Shown here piece after piece: positions 1 to 8,715 of a stretch of 64,000 bases of DNA (positions are counted from its first letter, which is position 1; each line of letters starts with the position of its first letter). Under the pieces are notes generated by a model. It saw only the letters and a program-made list of their open reading frames with translations. It was not told the DNA's origin and ran no database searches. A program made the position numbers and the translations under genes. The DNA comes from Candidatus Velthaea sp. (GTDB lineage: Bacteria; Vulcanimicrobiota; Vulcanimicrobiia; Vulcanimicrobiales; Vulcanimicrobiaceae), in NCBI GenBank assembly GCA_965214335.1, contig CBDCBO010000012.1:88759-152758 (forward strand). Direction: 5' to 3'.

Positions 1-593
1 TGGACATCGACGGTGCGCTCGTCACCGCTGAAATCGAAGCCCCAGACGCGTTCGAGCAATGTGGCGCGTGATAACGCGATGCCGGGGTTGGAAGCCAGCT
101 CGAGCAACAACGCAAATTCGCGCGGTTTTAATTCGAGGGCGATGCCGTCGATGCGCACTTCACGGGCCGGCTCATCGATTTCGAGCCGGTCGAAGAGCAG
201 CACCGCCGGCGCTGTTTGCAGCGGCATCCCGGCACGCCGCGCGATGGCCCGCACGCGAGCGATGACTTCACGCGGAGAAAACGGCTTGGTGACGTAGTCG
301 TCGGCACCGATTTCTAAACCGACAACCCGATCGATTTCGTCGGCCCGCGCGGTGAGGACTAAAATCGGCAAATCGCGTCCTTCGCGCCGCAACGTCCGAA
401 TGACGTCGAACCCGTCGACCATCGGCAATCCGACGTCGAGGATCAGCAAATCGGCGGCGGCGCGGGCGGCGCGCAATGCCGTCGGTCCGTCGGTCGCCTC
501 AATACAGGTGAAGCCGGCCCGACCCAAGTGGTGCACGAGCAGTTCGCGAATCGGTCCTTCATCTTCAGCAACGACAATACGATTGAGCGACAT
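1..593 (-). CDS. OmpR/PhoB-type response regulator (receiver + winged helix); C-terminal end cut by window edge
   Basis: Absent from the ORF track because it runs off the window. Reverse translation from ATG 593..591 gives MSLNRIVVAEDEGPIRELL..LDVGLPMVDGF..LTARADEIDRVVGLEIGADDYVTKPFSPREV..LLERVWGFDFSGDERTVDV. Confidence 0.85.
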   Translation of the reverse strand, partial: MSLNRIVVAEDEGPIRELLVHHLGRAGFTCIEATDGPTALRAARAAADLLILDVGLPMVDGFDVIRTLRREGRDLPILVLTARADEIDRVVGLEIGADDYVTKPFSPREVIARVRAIARRAGMPLQTAPAVLLFDRLEIDEPAREVRIDGIALELKPREFALLLELASNPGIALSRATLLERVWGFDFSGDERTVDV

Positions 594-651
594 GCCGGCG
601 GGAGTGCCCGCTTACCGCACGGATGAGTTGCCGCCGGCTGCTCGCAGCGGG

Positions 652-1095
652 CTAACGCGCATCCTTCTGCACGATCGATTCGCCGTCGATAACCATTTTG
701 CCGCGCTGATTCATGACGGTCGTCACGCAGCGCAAACGACGTTTGGCCGCAATGAGTTCGACGACTTCAACCCGCGCCGTCAAGGTGTCGCCGATGAAAA
801 CGGGGCGCAAAAACTGAACCGACTGAGCGACATACAAGCCACCCGGACGCTGCAACAGTTGCGCATTGACCGTTGACAATAAACTCGCGCTGAGCATCCC
901 GTGAGCGACGCGCCGGCCGAAACGGGTTGTTTTGGCATACTCTTCGTCGACGTGGAGGCCGTACGTGTCGCCGCTTACGGCCGCAAATAAAAGGATGTCG
1001 GCTTCGCTAATCGTTTTGCTGAACGTGGCACTGTCGCCTAGGGCGAATTCCTCGTAGGTCTTGATGCCGCTCAACGCGTCGACCGGTGATGGCAA
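652..1095 (-). CDS. MaoC-like (R)-specific enoyl-CoA hydratase / dehydratase fold protein
   Basis: 147-aa ORF. The motif FAAVSGDTYGLHVDEEYAKTTRFGRRVAHGML is typical of the MaoC hot-dog domain. TTG start 6 nt after the upstream stop. Confidence 0.8.
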   Translation of the reverse strand: MPSPVDALSGIKTYEEFALGDSATFSKTISEADILLFAAVSGDTYGLHVDEEYAKTTRFGRRVAHGMLSASLLSTVNAQLLQRPGGLYVAQSVQFLRPVFIGDTLTARVEVVELIAAKRRLRCVTTVMNQRGKMVIDGESIVQKDAR

Positions 1096-1101
1096 AAAAG
1101 C

Positions 1102-1527
1102 CTAGCCAAGTGCGGCAACACCCGCCCGCGCCACGCTAACGTCCTCATCAACGGTCCCCGAACTTACTCCAATGGCGCCGATCACTTGGCCGTCGCAGAC
1201 GATGGGCAGGCCGCCGCCGATATTGGTCACGGAGTTATTCGAGGCCAGCGCAAGCCGGATACCCAGCGGCACGTCACCTGCCGTTTCGTCCGCCGTCGGG
1301 CGCCGGCGGGTCGCCGCGGAAATGGCCTTGGTCAGCGCGATGGAGATCGACCCGATCCTACCGCCGTCCATGCGAGCGAAGGCCAACAATGCGCCGCCCC
1401 GGTCGACAACGGCGATACACTGATCGACGCCGATCTCGGTTGCCTTGGTGGCGGCCGCTGCCACGACGGCTTGGGCGCCCGCCAGCGTCAGTCCAATCTG
1501 TTCGCGAACGATAAAGGCCGCTTCCAT
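1102..1527 (-). CDS. GlcG/HbpS-like heme-binding protein (DUF336)
   Basis: Sequence IAVVDRGGALLAFARMDGG..IGGGLPI..GAIGVSSGT matches the DUF336 pattern. Internal ATG at 1527 (MEAAFIV..) is preferred over the ORF start at 1575. Confidence 0.75.
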   Translation of the reverse strand: MEAAFIVREQIGLTLAGAQAVVAAAATKATEIGVDQCIAVVDRGGALLAFARMDGGRIGSISIALTKAISAATRRRPTADETAGDVPLGIRLALASNNSVTNIGGGLPIVCDGQVIGAIGVSSGTVDEDVSVARAGVAALG

Positions 1528-1610
1528 ACGGCCCGAGTTGCCGTCGCGGCCGGGGCGAACCTTCACGCGCGGCAAGAGAGATTTCGCGCGCTATTTTCGT
1601 AGATAGCAGC

Positions 1611-2414
1611 GTGGTCGCCGCCGACGTATTATTTCGCCTCACCGCAAATGCGGCCGCCGAGCAGTATCGGCGACCGCCGCCGTACCTGGCGTATCACACG
1701 CTGGCCGACGTCAATGTTCCGGCTTTGAAGAAACACAAAGTGGTCGAGCGCGCCGTCGAAACGCGCACGGCGGACGATTTTGCCGTGCTGCAAGACTTGC
1801 CCCACGGGCAACGCCAATACGGTCAGAGTTTCCCGCTCATTCCGACCTTCGATGCGCTATCCTATTTCCGGATCGATTACAGCGGGGCGCAACAGCGCAA
1901 CCTCCTGGCGCACGTTACCACCTTTGGGCCGATCACCTTTGCCGCGCCGCACGCCACCACGCCCGGTATTGCGGTCGTCGCGACGACGCTGCGCAATTAC
2001 TACGCCCGTTACGCCGATGACTCGACCGACGCGAAAGCGCACTTGATCTTGGACCCGCTCAAGGCACTTACGCACGGCAATACATCCGACTTTTACATCC
2101 ACGACGTCTTCGTCGATACAGCGACCAATCTGCCGACCCGCGTGACTTATACCGGACACGACGATATCGAGTTCACCGTTGACTATACAACGGTGGAAAC
2201 GCATTGGCTGGTGAGCCACGTGTTCTATACGCGAACGTTTTTCGCGCCGTTCCACATCGGCCAGACCCGCTTCACCGTCGACGCTACCTTCGATCGGTTC
2301 GCTTTTCCCGCCGTACCGGCCGATTCGCGGTTGCTGGCGCCGCCGGTTCCGGCGCCCGATGGCGGTGCGCCGCCGGCTGCGCTGCCGAGCGCGGCGCCCG
2401 AGGCGACCCCGTAG
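1611..2414 (+). CDS. hypothetical protein
   Basis: 267-aa ORF with non-artefactual composition (Tyr/Phe/Asp/Thr rich) and a GTG start. I recognise no family. Confidence 0.5.
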   Translation: MVAADVLFRLTANAAAEQYRRPPPYLAYHTLADVNVPALKKHKVVERAVETRTADDFAVLQDLPHGQRQYGQSFPLIPTFDALSYFRIDYSGAQQRNLLAHVTTFGPITFAAPHATTPGIAVVATTLRNYYARYADDSTDAKAHLILDPLKALTHGNTSDFYIHDVFVDTATNLPTRVTYTGHDDIEFTVDYTTVETHWLVSHVFYTRTFFAPFHIGQTRFTVDATFDRFAFPAVPADSRLLAPPVPAPDGGAPPAALPSAAPEATP

Positions 2415-2468
2415 CGCGAGGCCGAAAAAGGCCCCCTCGCGGCGCTCTAAGAATGACGGCTGTCGGCC

Positions 2469-2555
2469 GGAAAGGTGGCAGAGTGGCCGATTGCACCTGA
2501 CTCGAAATCAGGAGAACCTTCACGGGTTCCGGGAGTTCGAATCTCCCCCTTTCCT
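2469..2555 (+). tRNA. tRNA-Ser (anticodon CGA)
   Basis: Hand-folded cloverleaf. Acceptor GGAAAGG/CCTTTCC. Anticodon arm CCTGA-CTCGAAA-TCAGG. Long variable arm. T-arm GGGAG-TTCGAAT-CTCCC. Confidence 0.85.
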
Positions 2556-2617
2556 CGTTTAAAACGCCGGCGAGGCGGTCATCACGCGAGGCCGCCGTCG
2601 GTCTGAACGGACGAGCG

Positions 2618-3061
2618 TCACACCGGGTGCGGCAGCGGCGCGGTGAGGCCGCTACGGCCGGCTTGAAAGAAATCGCGCAACTGCCGCGCCGTCTGCGCTT
2701 CCAGCACGCCGGCCGTGACCCGAACGCGATGGTGTACCGCCACCGAGTCAAAAACGTCGATCGCGCCGCCGGCCGCGCCGCCTTTCGGGTCGGCACAACC
2801 GTAGACCAATCGCTCGATGCGGGCGGCGACAATCGCGCCGGCGCACATCGGGCAGGGCTCCTTCGTTACATAAAGCGTGCCGCCGATACGCCAATTGCGG
2901 ACGGCGCGGGCGGCGGCGCGAATGGCCAATATCTCGGCGTGCGCGGTCGGGTCGGGCCGCCGCTCTTTCTCGTTACACGCCTCGAACGTCTGACCGCCGA
3001 CGACGAGCACCGCGCCGACCGGTACGTCACCGGCTGCAGCGGCGCGATTCGCCAAGACCAT
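2618..3061 (-). CDS. tadA: tRNA-specific adenosine deaminase TadA
   Basis: Zinc-binding deaminase motifs HAEILAIR and PCPMCAGA are present. The ORF-track start (3154) overlaps tRNA-Arg(CCG), so the internal ATG at 3061 (MVLANRAAAAGDVPVGAVLV) is used. Confidence 0.85.
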   Translation of the reverse strand: MVLANRAAAAGDVPVGAVLVVGGQTFEACNEKERRPDPTAHAEILAIRAAARAVRNWRIGGTLYVTKEPCPMCAGAIVAARIERLVYGCADPKGGAAGGAIDVFDSVAVHHRVRVTAGVLEAQTARQLRDFFQAGRSGLTAPLPHPV

Positions 3062-3095
3062 GGCGCGCCCAACAAAGCGCCCGTCATCGGAATCG

Positions 3096-3169
3096 TGCTC
3101 CCGGCCCGGCTCGAACGGGCAACCCCCGCCTTCGGAGGGCGGTACTCTATCCAATTGAGCTACGGGAGC
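3096..3169 (-). tRNA. tRNA-Arg (anticodon CCG)
   Basis: Reverse complement is GCTCCCGTAGCTCAATTGGATAGAGTACCGCCCTCCGAAGGCGGGGGTTGCCCGTTCGAGCCGGGCCGGGAGCA. Anticodon loop CTCCGAA. Confidence 0.85.
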
Positions 3170-3196
3170 ATGGGACGCGAAGCCGCGGAGAGCCGG

Positions 3197-3442
3197 TTAC
3201 GATCCCTTCTCTTCGCCCGGAACCGGCGCCGAAGACGTCGGAATGTGCTTGAAGAGGTCGAGCTTATGATCGACTAAGCCGCGATAGAATTTGCGCACGC
3301 AATCGGGATGGCCAAAAAAGTAGGTCCGCGCATATGCGAGATCGTCGCCCGAACTATCCGGAACGTAGTGCGAGATCTCAATTTCTTCCATCTGACCCCG
3401 GTCGACCGGGTGGGGACAGAAATCGCACGGGATCGTCGACAT
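3197..3442 (-). CDS. small hypothetical protein with a CxxC...HPDC pattern (possible Zn-binding)
   Basis: Internal ATG at 3442 is preceded by GAGG 8 nt upstream. The product is MSTIPCDFCPHPVD..GHPDCVRKF.. (81 aa). The upstream part of the 148-aa track ORF looks artefactual. Confidence 0.5.
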   Translation of the reverse strand: MSTIPCDFCPHPVDRGQMEEIEISHYVPDSSGDDLAYARTYFFGHPDCVRKFYRGLVDHKLDLFKHIPTSSAPVPGEEKGS

Positions 3443-3653
3443 CGCTATAACCTCACGGGATAAATTGCCGGATGAATGCTTCCGACCCGTCTGGCATGAC
3501 CCCGGAAGCCGGAGCCAAGATGCACTCCAGGCGATGTCCGTACTGCGGCAAACCCACAAATTAGCGTCGGCGTGCGTCGAGCCCTTCGCAACGCTCCGCC
3601 GCGAGTAGCGAACCGGACATGCGCCGCACGGCCCGTCCGACAAACGCCAAATA

Positions 3654-3725
3654 TGACTCGGGTAGGATTTGAACCTACGACCTAGGGCTTATGAGTCCCC
3701 CGCTCTACCACTGAGCTACCGAGCC
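3654..3725 (-). tRNA. tRNA with CAU anticodon (elongator Met or lysidine-modified Ile2; not distinguishable here)
   Basis: Reverse complement is GGCTCGGTAGCTCAGTGGTAGAGCGGGGGACTCATAAGCCCTAGGTCGTAGGTTCAAATCCTACCCGAGTCA. Anticodon loop CTCATAA. The G1-C72 pair argues against an initiator. Confidence 0.75.
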
Positions 3726-3820
3726 ATCCGGTTGGCCAACGCTAGGCGCCGCAGATCCGGTCGCCCGCGCGGCTGACTCCACCTGGGCACGTAAATCGCA
3801 AGCGCGCCGCGTGGGCAAAA

Positions 3821-3894
3821 TGCGGTCGGAGGGACTCGAACCCCCAACCTACAAGTTCGTAGCCTGTTGCTCTATCCAATTGAGCTACGACCGC
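3821..3894 (-). tRNA. tRNA-Arg (anticodon ACG), the TadA substrate isoacceptor
   Basis: Reverse complement is GCGGTCGTAGCTCAATTGGATAGAGCAACAGGCTACGAACTTGTAGGTTGGGGGTTCGAGTCCCTCCGACCGCA. Anticodon loop CTACGAA. Confidence 0.85.
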
Positions 3895-3984
3895 ATCGTT
3901 GATCGCGCGTCCCGAGCCGGCGACCTCGCTTGTTACAACGCCTTGGTGACGTTCCCTGCACGGCCGGCGCCCGGCTGATCGACC

Positions 3985-4073
3985 AGGAGAGAGAGGGATT
4001 CGAACCCTCGATACGGTGTTATCCGTATAACGATTTAGCAAACCGTCGCCTTCAGCCGCTCGGCCATCTCTCC
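3985..4073 (-). tRNA. tRNA-Ser (anticodon GCU)
   Basis: Reverse complement is GGAGAGATGGCCGAGCGGCTGAAGGCGACGGTTTGCTAAATCGT..GAGGGTTCGAATCCCTCTCTCTCC. It has a long variable arm. Confidence 0.85.
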
Positions 4074-4086
4074 ACGTAGTTCGGGT

Positions 4087-5241
4087 TTATTCGCCCGGTT
4101 TTCCGGTGCCTGCCGGACAATAGCCGACGCGCGCGATGCGGTCGATCCGCGCGGCAATCGTCGCGGCCGCGTTCGGGGTTCGCAGTGCGGCCGCAGCATC
4201 GCGCAGCCGCGCGGCCCGGGCCGGGTCATCGAGTACCGCCGCGACGGCGGCCGCGATGTCGGCTTGCCGCGCCGGCCGCAGTGCGGCTCCGCTGTGCGCG
4301 AGGTATCGCGCGTTACGCTCTTCCTGCCCGGGCAACGGCGTCACCAGGATCAACGGCAGTTCGGCGCTGAGCGCTTCGGACGTCGTGAGCCCGCCGGGTT
4401 TGGTCAACAGCACGTCACTGGCAAGCATGTAGTCGACGACGTTGTCGACAAAGCCGACGACGCGCGTTTCGTATGGATATTTCTTCGCCGCCGCACGGAC
4501 GCTACGCACGAGCCGGGCATTACGCCCGCCGATTACGACCACGGTAAGGTTCGGGCCCAAGGCGGCCAAGGCGCGCGTCGTGGTCCAAACGGGACCCATC
4601 CCCAAACCTCCGCCCATGACCAGAACGACCGGACGATCGATGGGTAGCCCGAGGAACTTCCGGATGGCGTCACGCGACCGCGACCGGTCGGCAAAGCGCA
4701 TGTCGACGGGGATACCGTCGACTCGGATACGTTCGGGTTCGATCCCCCGCTCGATCAGCGCAACACGCATTTCCGGCGTGGCGACGGCATACGCGTCGAC
4801 GTTCTTATAGATCCAAAACGGATGAACGACGAAGTCGGTAATCACGCCGACGACCGGTAACGCCGGATCGTAGAGTCGTTTGTACGCCGACATCGCGTTG
4901 CACGAAAACGCATGCGTGCAAACGACGACGCTCGGCTTCATCCGGGTGATGAGCGCTTGCAGGTTGCGTGCGGTAAATTCGGCGGCCCAAACGCGAAAGC
5001 CACCGGCCTGCTTGACGCGCTCGGCGCGATCGTAGATGTAGCCGTAGACGTGCGGAACGGTGCGGACCATTCCGATATATCCGTCACTGACGACTTTGGA
5101 AAAGAACGATGCCGCATAGCGATACGAGTCGACCGTTTCGCCCGGAATACCGCGTATGGCGAGTTCCGCCCGGATGGCGTCGGCAGCCGCCGTATGACCG
5201 ACGCCGACTCGAGCCGACAAGAACAGAACCGGATCTACCAA
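4087..5241 (-). CDS. GT28-type glycosyltransferase, MGDG-synthase/UgtP-like diacylglycerol glycosyltransferase
   Basis: N-terminus (M)VDPVLFLSARVGVGHTAAADAIRAEL and C-terminal LTKPGGLTTSEAL..PLI..PLPGQEE fit the MGDG_synth + Glyco_tran_28_C architecture. TTG start. Confidence 0.8.
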   Translation of the reverse strand: MVDPVLFLSARVGVGHTAAADAIRAELAIRGIPGETVDSYRYAASFFSKVVSDGYIGMVRTVPHVYGYIYDRAERVKQAGGFRVWAAEFTARNLQALITRMKPSVVVCTHAFSCNAMSAYKRLYDPALPVVGVITDFVVHPFWIYKNVDAYAVATPEMRVALIERGIEPERIRVDGIPVDMRFADRSRSRDAIRKFLGLPIDRPVVLVMGGGLGMGPVWTTTRALAALGPNLTVVVIGGRNARLVRSVRAAAKKYPYETRVVGFVDNVVDYMLASDVLLTKPGGLTTSEALSAELPLILVTPLPGQEERNARYLAHSGAALRPARQADIAAAVAAVLDDPARAARLRDAAAALRTPNAAATIAARIDRIARVGYCPAGTGKPGE

Positions 5242-5282
5242 CGAGACGGCGCGCTATTCCCGCCGAGGAACGAGCGTCGGCG

Positions 5283-5576
5283 TCACTTGTCCGTCTCGGA
5301 ACTCGACTCGTCGGCCAACACGAAAAAATCGTCCAGTATCTCTTGCGCCAGTTCGTTGTCGTCGAGCAGCGTTCCAACGGCGTCGGTAACGACGAACTCG
5401 TCCGCTGCTTCGCTATAGCACACCGCGAAAGCGTTATTCTCGTCGTCTTCAACAAGTCCGACAACCTCGAATTCAAGTTGCTTGCCGTCGGTCGTCTCGA
5501 TAACCAATACGTCGCGCAACTCGAGCAGGCCGTCTTCGCCGGCGTCGGGCTCCGGCCGGCCGTTCGGTGGTTCGAT
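5283..5576 (-). CDS. DUF1292 (UPF0473) family protein; start uncertain
   Basis: Core sequence VLVIETTDGKQLEFEVVGLVEDDENNAFAVCYSE..LDDNELAQEILDDF is DUF1292-like. The track ORF (to 5702, GTG) has an implausible N-terminus. AGGAGG at 5593..5588 is followed after 10 nt by an in-frame ATC (5576). The next canonical start is TTG at 5519. Confidence 0.6.
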   Translation of the reverse strand: MEPPNGRPEPDAGEDGLLELRDVLVIETTDGKQLEFEVVGLVEDDENNAFAVCYSEAADEFVVTDAVGTLLDDNELAQEILDDFFVLADESSSETDK

Positions 5577-5702
5577 AGTGGTCTTTCCTCCTGGGCAGAT
5601 CCAAACTGCAGCGGCGCTAGCGGGGCCGAAGTACGATGTTCCGGAGGGAAGCGTCAAAACGCTCCTGGCCGGGGCCCAAAGTGCGCCCCCAACGGAACAC
5701 AC

Positions 5703-7256
5703 CTACACGTAGCGGCGAAGTTGCGGCCAGAAGCGCGCGAGCGGCATTCGCGGCTGCCGGCAGATATAAATCGGCAAATTGTTGCTCTGGGGCAGCACGT
5801 AGATCGAACGGTACGTACCGACTCGTTCGATCGAGCCGAATTCGCGGGCCAGCACGGCTCGTTCAACCCCCACGGCGACAACGGCTGCATGTTCGCCGCG
5901 CGGTCCCCACACGTAATATTGGTTGTGGCCGCTGATCGCCGGCGGCAGCCGATCGCGCCGGCCCAGAAAATCGAGCGCGGCAGCCTGCCCGTAATCGCCC
6001 GTTAGTACCGCCGCCGACTCACGTTCGCGCGGCGATAAGCGAGCGGCGGCGGCGCCGATGCTGGACTCAAGCTCGGCCCAGCCGAGTTGGTCGGCGAATT
6101 GCTGCGGCACCAGCCCAACCGGACGATGTTCCATTTTTACGGCCCGCACGTCGAGGGCGTGTTGGTATTTTAGAAACAGCGGCAGCGGCAACGCCGGCGT
6201 GGCCAGCGGCATGATGGCCAATCCGGCCACCGCGATCGCTCCGGCTGAGGCGACGCGCAGCCCGAAGCGGCGTTGGGTGGCCGCTTCGAGCGCGCCGCAA
6301 CCCGCAGCTATGAACGCCGGATAAATCGGTGCGACGTAATACACTTTACCGTGCAAGAGCAATTGCAGGCCGACGAAAATCGCGTAGGCGAAAGCGAATC
6401 CAGCGTAGTGCGGCGCACGCGTGAGGCGCCACAAACCCGCGAGCCAGAGCGGGGCGCAGAACGGGTTCATCAGCGGCAACTGCTCGAGTAGAAATAGGCC
6501 CGGCGAAAGCGGTTCATTTTTGAATGCCGCGGCATTTCGCAGCACCTCCAACTGTGGCCAGCCATACGCTGCTTGCCAGATCAGGTTCGGAGTGGCGACG
6601 AGCGCCGCGAGTGTGCCGGCAACGGCAAGTCCGGGCACCCATACGCTACGCCTCGCCGGCGACAGCAGCAATCCGGTTAGCAGCGCGAATGCGTAGAGGC
6701 CCATCGACCACTTGTTGAGCACGCCGATGCCGACGAGCAGGCCGATTGCCGGCCAACGCCAGCGGCGCGGGCCGTCGAGCTGGTCGAAGACCAGCAAACT
6801 CAGAGCGAGCCAGAGCAGCGGCTCGAAAGCATTCATCGTCAGCAGACTGCCGACGGCCAGGTCAAAGGGCGCCAAGGCGACGCCGAGCATCGCCAGCGCC
6901 GCGGCGTATGTGCCGCCGCCGAGCCGGCCCGCCGCATAGCCGGTCAGACCGACGAGCGCGCCGGCGGCCAACGCCGGTACGATTCGCAGTGCCGCCAGCG
7001 AGTCGCCGAAGACGTGCCGACAGACGGCAACGACGAGTGCGATCAGTGGCGGCTGATCGACGTACCCCCACGCCAAGTGGTTGGCACACGCGATGAAATA
7101 CAACTCGTCGCGCTGATAGCCGTAAAGCCCGCTCACACCGGTATGCAGCGCAATCGTAAGCAGCGCGCCGGCCCACATGACGATTGCGGACGGTGCGATC
7201 GCCCGCGTGCTTCTGACAAGATGAACCTGCCGTTGGGCGAGCGCCGCGTCGCGCAT
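5703..7256 (-). CDS. GT39/GT83-like (ArnT/PMT_2) membrane glycosyltransferase
   Basis: Polytopic membrane protein with YGYQRDELYFIACANHLAWGYVDQPPL near the N-terminus. Internal ATG at 7256 lies 13 nt after the upstream gene stop. The first 63 residues of the track ORF are Arg-rich junk. Confidence 0.8.
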   Translation of the reverse strand: MRDAALAQRQVHLVRSTRAIAPSAIVMWAGALLTIALHTGVSGLYGYQRDELYFIACANHLAWGYVDQPPLIALVVAVCRHVFGDSLAALRIVPALAAGALVGLTGYAAGRLGGGTYAAALAMLGVALAPFDLAVGSLLTMNAFEPLLWLALSLLVFDQLDGPRRWRWPAIGLLVGIGVLNKWSMGLYAFALLTGLLLSPARRSVWVPGLAVAGTLAALVATPNLIWQAAYGWPQLEVLRNAAAFKNEPLSPGLFLLEQLPLMNPFCAPLWLAGLWRLTRAPHYAGFAFAYAIFVGLQLLLHGKVYYVAPIYPAFIAAGCGALEAATQRRFGLRVASAGAIAVAGLAIMPLATPALPLPLFLKYQHALDVRAVKMEHRPVGLVPQQFADQLGWAELESSIGAAAARLSPRERESAAVLTGDYGQAAALDFLGRRDRLPPAISGHNQYYVWGPRGEHAAVVAVGVERAVLAREFGSIERVGTYRSIYVLPQSNNLPIYICRQPRMPLARFWPQLRRYV

Positions 7257-7269
7257 CGCTGCAAAGCTC

Positions 7270-8049
7270 CTAGCGGCGCCGCGCGCGCAGAATGAGTTCA
7301 GCGGGAAAGTTGCGCGCCCAGTCCGGCGGTGCGAAATGCGCGTAGGTCGTCGCCGCCCCCGCCGGAGGTCGCGGCTCGACCAGCCGCTCGAGCTGCAATC
7401 CGTGCGCCTCGAATAACGCAACGTAGGCCCCGATCGGACGCGCAAAACTTACTGCACCATCACTCGGATTTTCGCAGCGGTCGAGCGCGAAATAGGAACG
7501 CTGCAAGCCCCGGCTCGGCGCATCCGCGGCGTCATCCCAACACGTCGCGTGCACCGGATGCTCGATGCAGAAAACGAAGCAGCCGCCGGTTCGTAACAGA
7601 CGCGCCACCTCCGGAACGGTGCGTTCGGGTGGCGCGAACGACATCGCCCCATGATCGCAAAACACGAGATCGAAGGATGCAGCGGCGAACGGTGTCGCTT
7701 CGCCGGGCGCATGCACGAATGCAACGGTCACCGCGGCAGCGGCGGCCGCGCGACTTGCATGCCTCAACTGTTGCGCCGAATTATCTAAACCCGTGACCCG
7801 CGCACCGCGCTGTGCTAAGGCGATCGACCAAGCCGCCGCACCGCAGCCATATTCCAAAATGTCGCGCCCCGCCACGTCGCCCAGCAATTGCAACTCGCTC
7901 TCGGGTAGCGACCATACGCCCCAAGCCATCGGATTGCGTTGTAACTGAGCCGCGTGCTGCGCTTGATACGCGTCGCTCGCCGCATCCCACGCCCGCCGGT
8001 TCCGTTCGTACACCTCCACGTGGGCGTCGCATTCGCACGGTGCTTTCAC
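7270..8049 (-). CDS. class I SAM-dependent methyltransferase
   Basis: Motif I ILEYGCGAAAWSIALAQRGARVTGLDNS plus a downstream FDLVFCDHGAM pattern. GTG start. Confidence 0.8.
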   Translation of the reverse strand: MKAPCECDAHVEVYERNRRAWDAASDAYQAQHAAQLQRNPMAWGVWSLPESELQLLGDVAGRDILEYGCGAAAWSIALAQRGARVTGLDNSAQQLRHASRAAAAAAVTVAFVHAPGEATPFAAASFDLVFCDHGAMSFAPPERTVPEVARLLRTGGCFVFCIEHPVHATCWDDAADAPSRGLQRSYFALDRCENPSDGAVSFARPIGAYVALFEAHGLQLERLVEPRPPAGAATTYAHFAPPDWARNFPAELILRARRR

Positions 8050-8148
8050 CGATCATCTCGCTTCCCGGACCGACGGCACCAAGTATCTTAAGCCAACTCT
8101 CATCCAGCTTACGTGCCATTTGCTTCCTTCTGCGGTACATACTGCAGT

Positions 8149-8649
8149 ATGAAAACGATATTTTCGGATGCCGTCCCGATGAAGGCGGCCATCGTTGCCG
8201 CGGTCAGCTTGACCGCATCGGTACTATCCGGGTTGCCCGCAGCGGCACAGACGGCGCCCACGCCGAGTTACGCTACGGGCGAAGAGAGCATTCGCGGGCG
8301 AATCGTCTCATTCGACGGTAAGTATGCGCTGCAGTTACGCGACGATCGCGGCTTCGTCGATAACGTCAATCTGCATGACGGCACGATCATCAACCCCACC
8401 GGTCTGCGACTTGCGACCGGGCAATCCGTAGCGATTCTCGGCCATAACTCCGGTAAGACGTTCGAGGCCAACGAGATTGATACGCCGTATGCCGATTATG
8501 GCGGTCCGCGCTATGCCTACGGCTATCCGGCGTATGGCTATTACGGCTACGGCTATCCGTACCGCGGCTATGGTTATGGCTACCGGGCCTATCCGAGCTT
8601 TGGCGTCGGTTTCCGCGAGCGCGGTTTTGGGGTGCGCGGCTGGTTCTGA
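8149..8649 (+). CDS. secreted hypothetical protein with a Gly/Tyr-rich C-terminal tail
   Basis: Signal-like sequence MKTIFSDAVPMKAAIVAAVSLTASVLSGLPAAAQ. The tail is YAYGYPAYGYYGYGYPYRGYGYGYRAY. The start could also be the second ATG at 8179. Confidence 0.55.
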   Translation: MKTIFSDAVPMKAAIVAAVSLTASVLSGLPAAAQTAPTPSYATGEESIRGRIVSFDGKYALQLRDDRGFVDNVNLHDGTIINPTGLRLATGQSVAILGHNSGKTFEANEIDTPYADYGGPRYAYGYPAYGYYGYGYPYRGYGYGYRAYPSFGVGFRERGFGVRGWF

Positions 8650-8715
8650 CCGCGGTGTGACGCGCGCCCGTTGAGGCGGGGGTGACCGTACGGCCAAGCG
8701 GGTAGTCCGCACCGG

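Noticed and set aside
3654-3725. Possibility that the CAU tRNA is the initiator tRNA-fMet
   Set aside because: It has a paired G1-C72 end and a C11:G24 D-stem pair rather than the C1xA72 mismatch and A11:U24 of bacterial initiators. It is left as elongator Met or Ile2.
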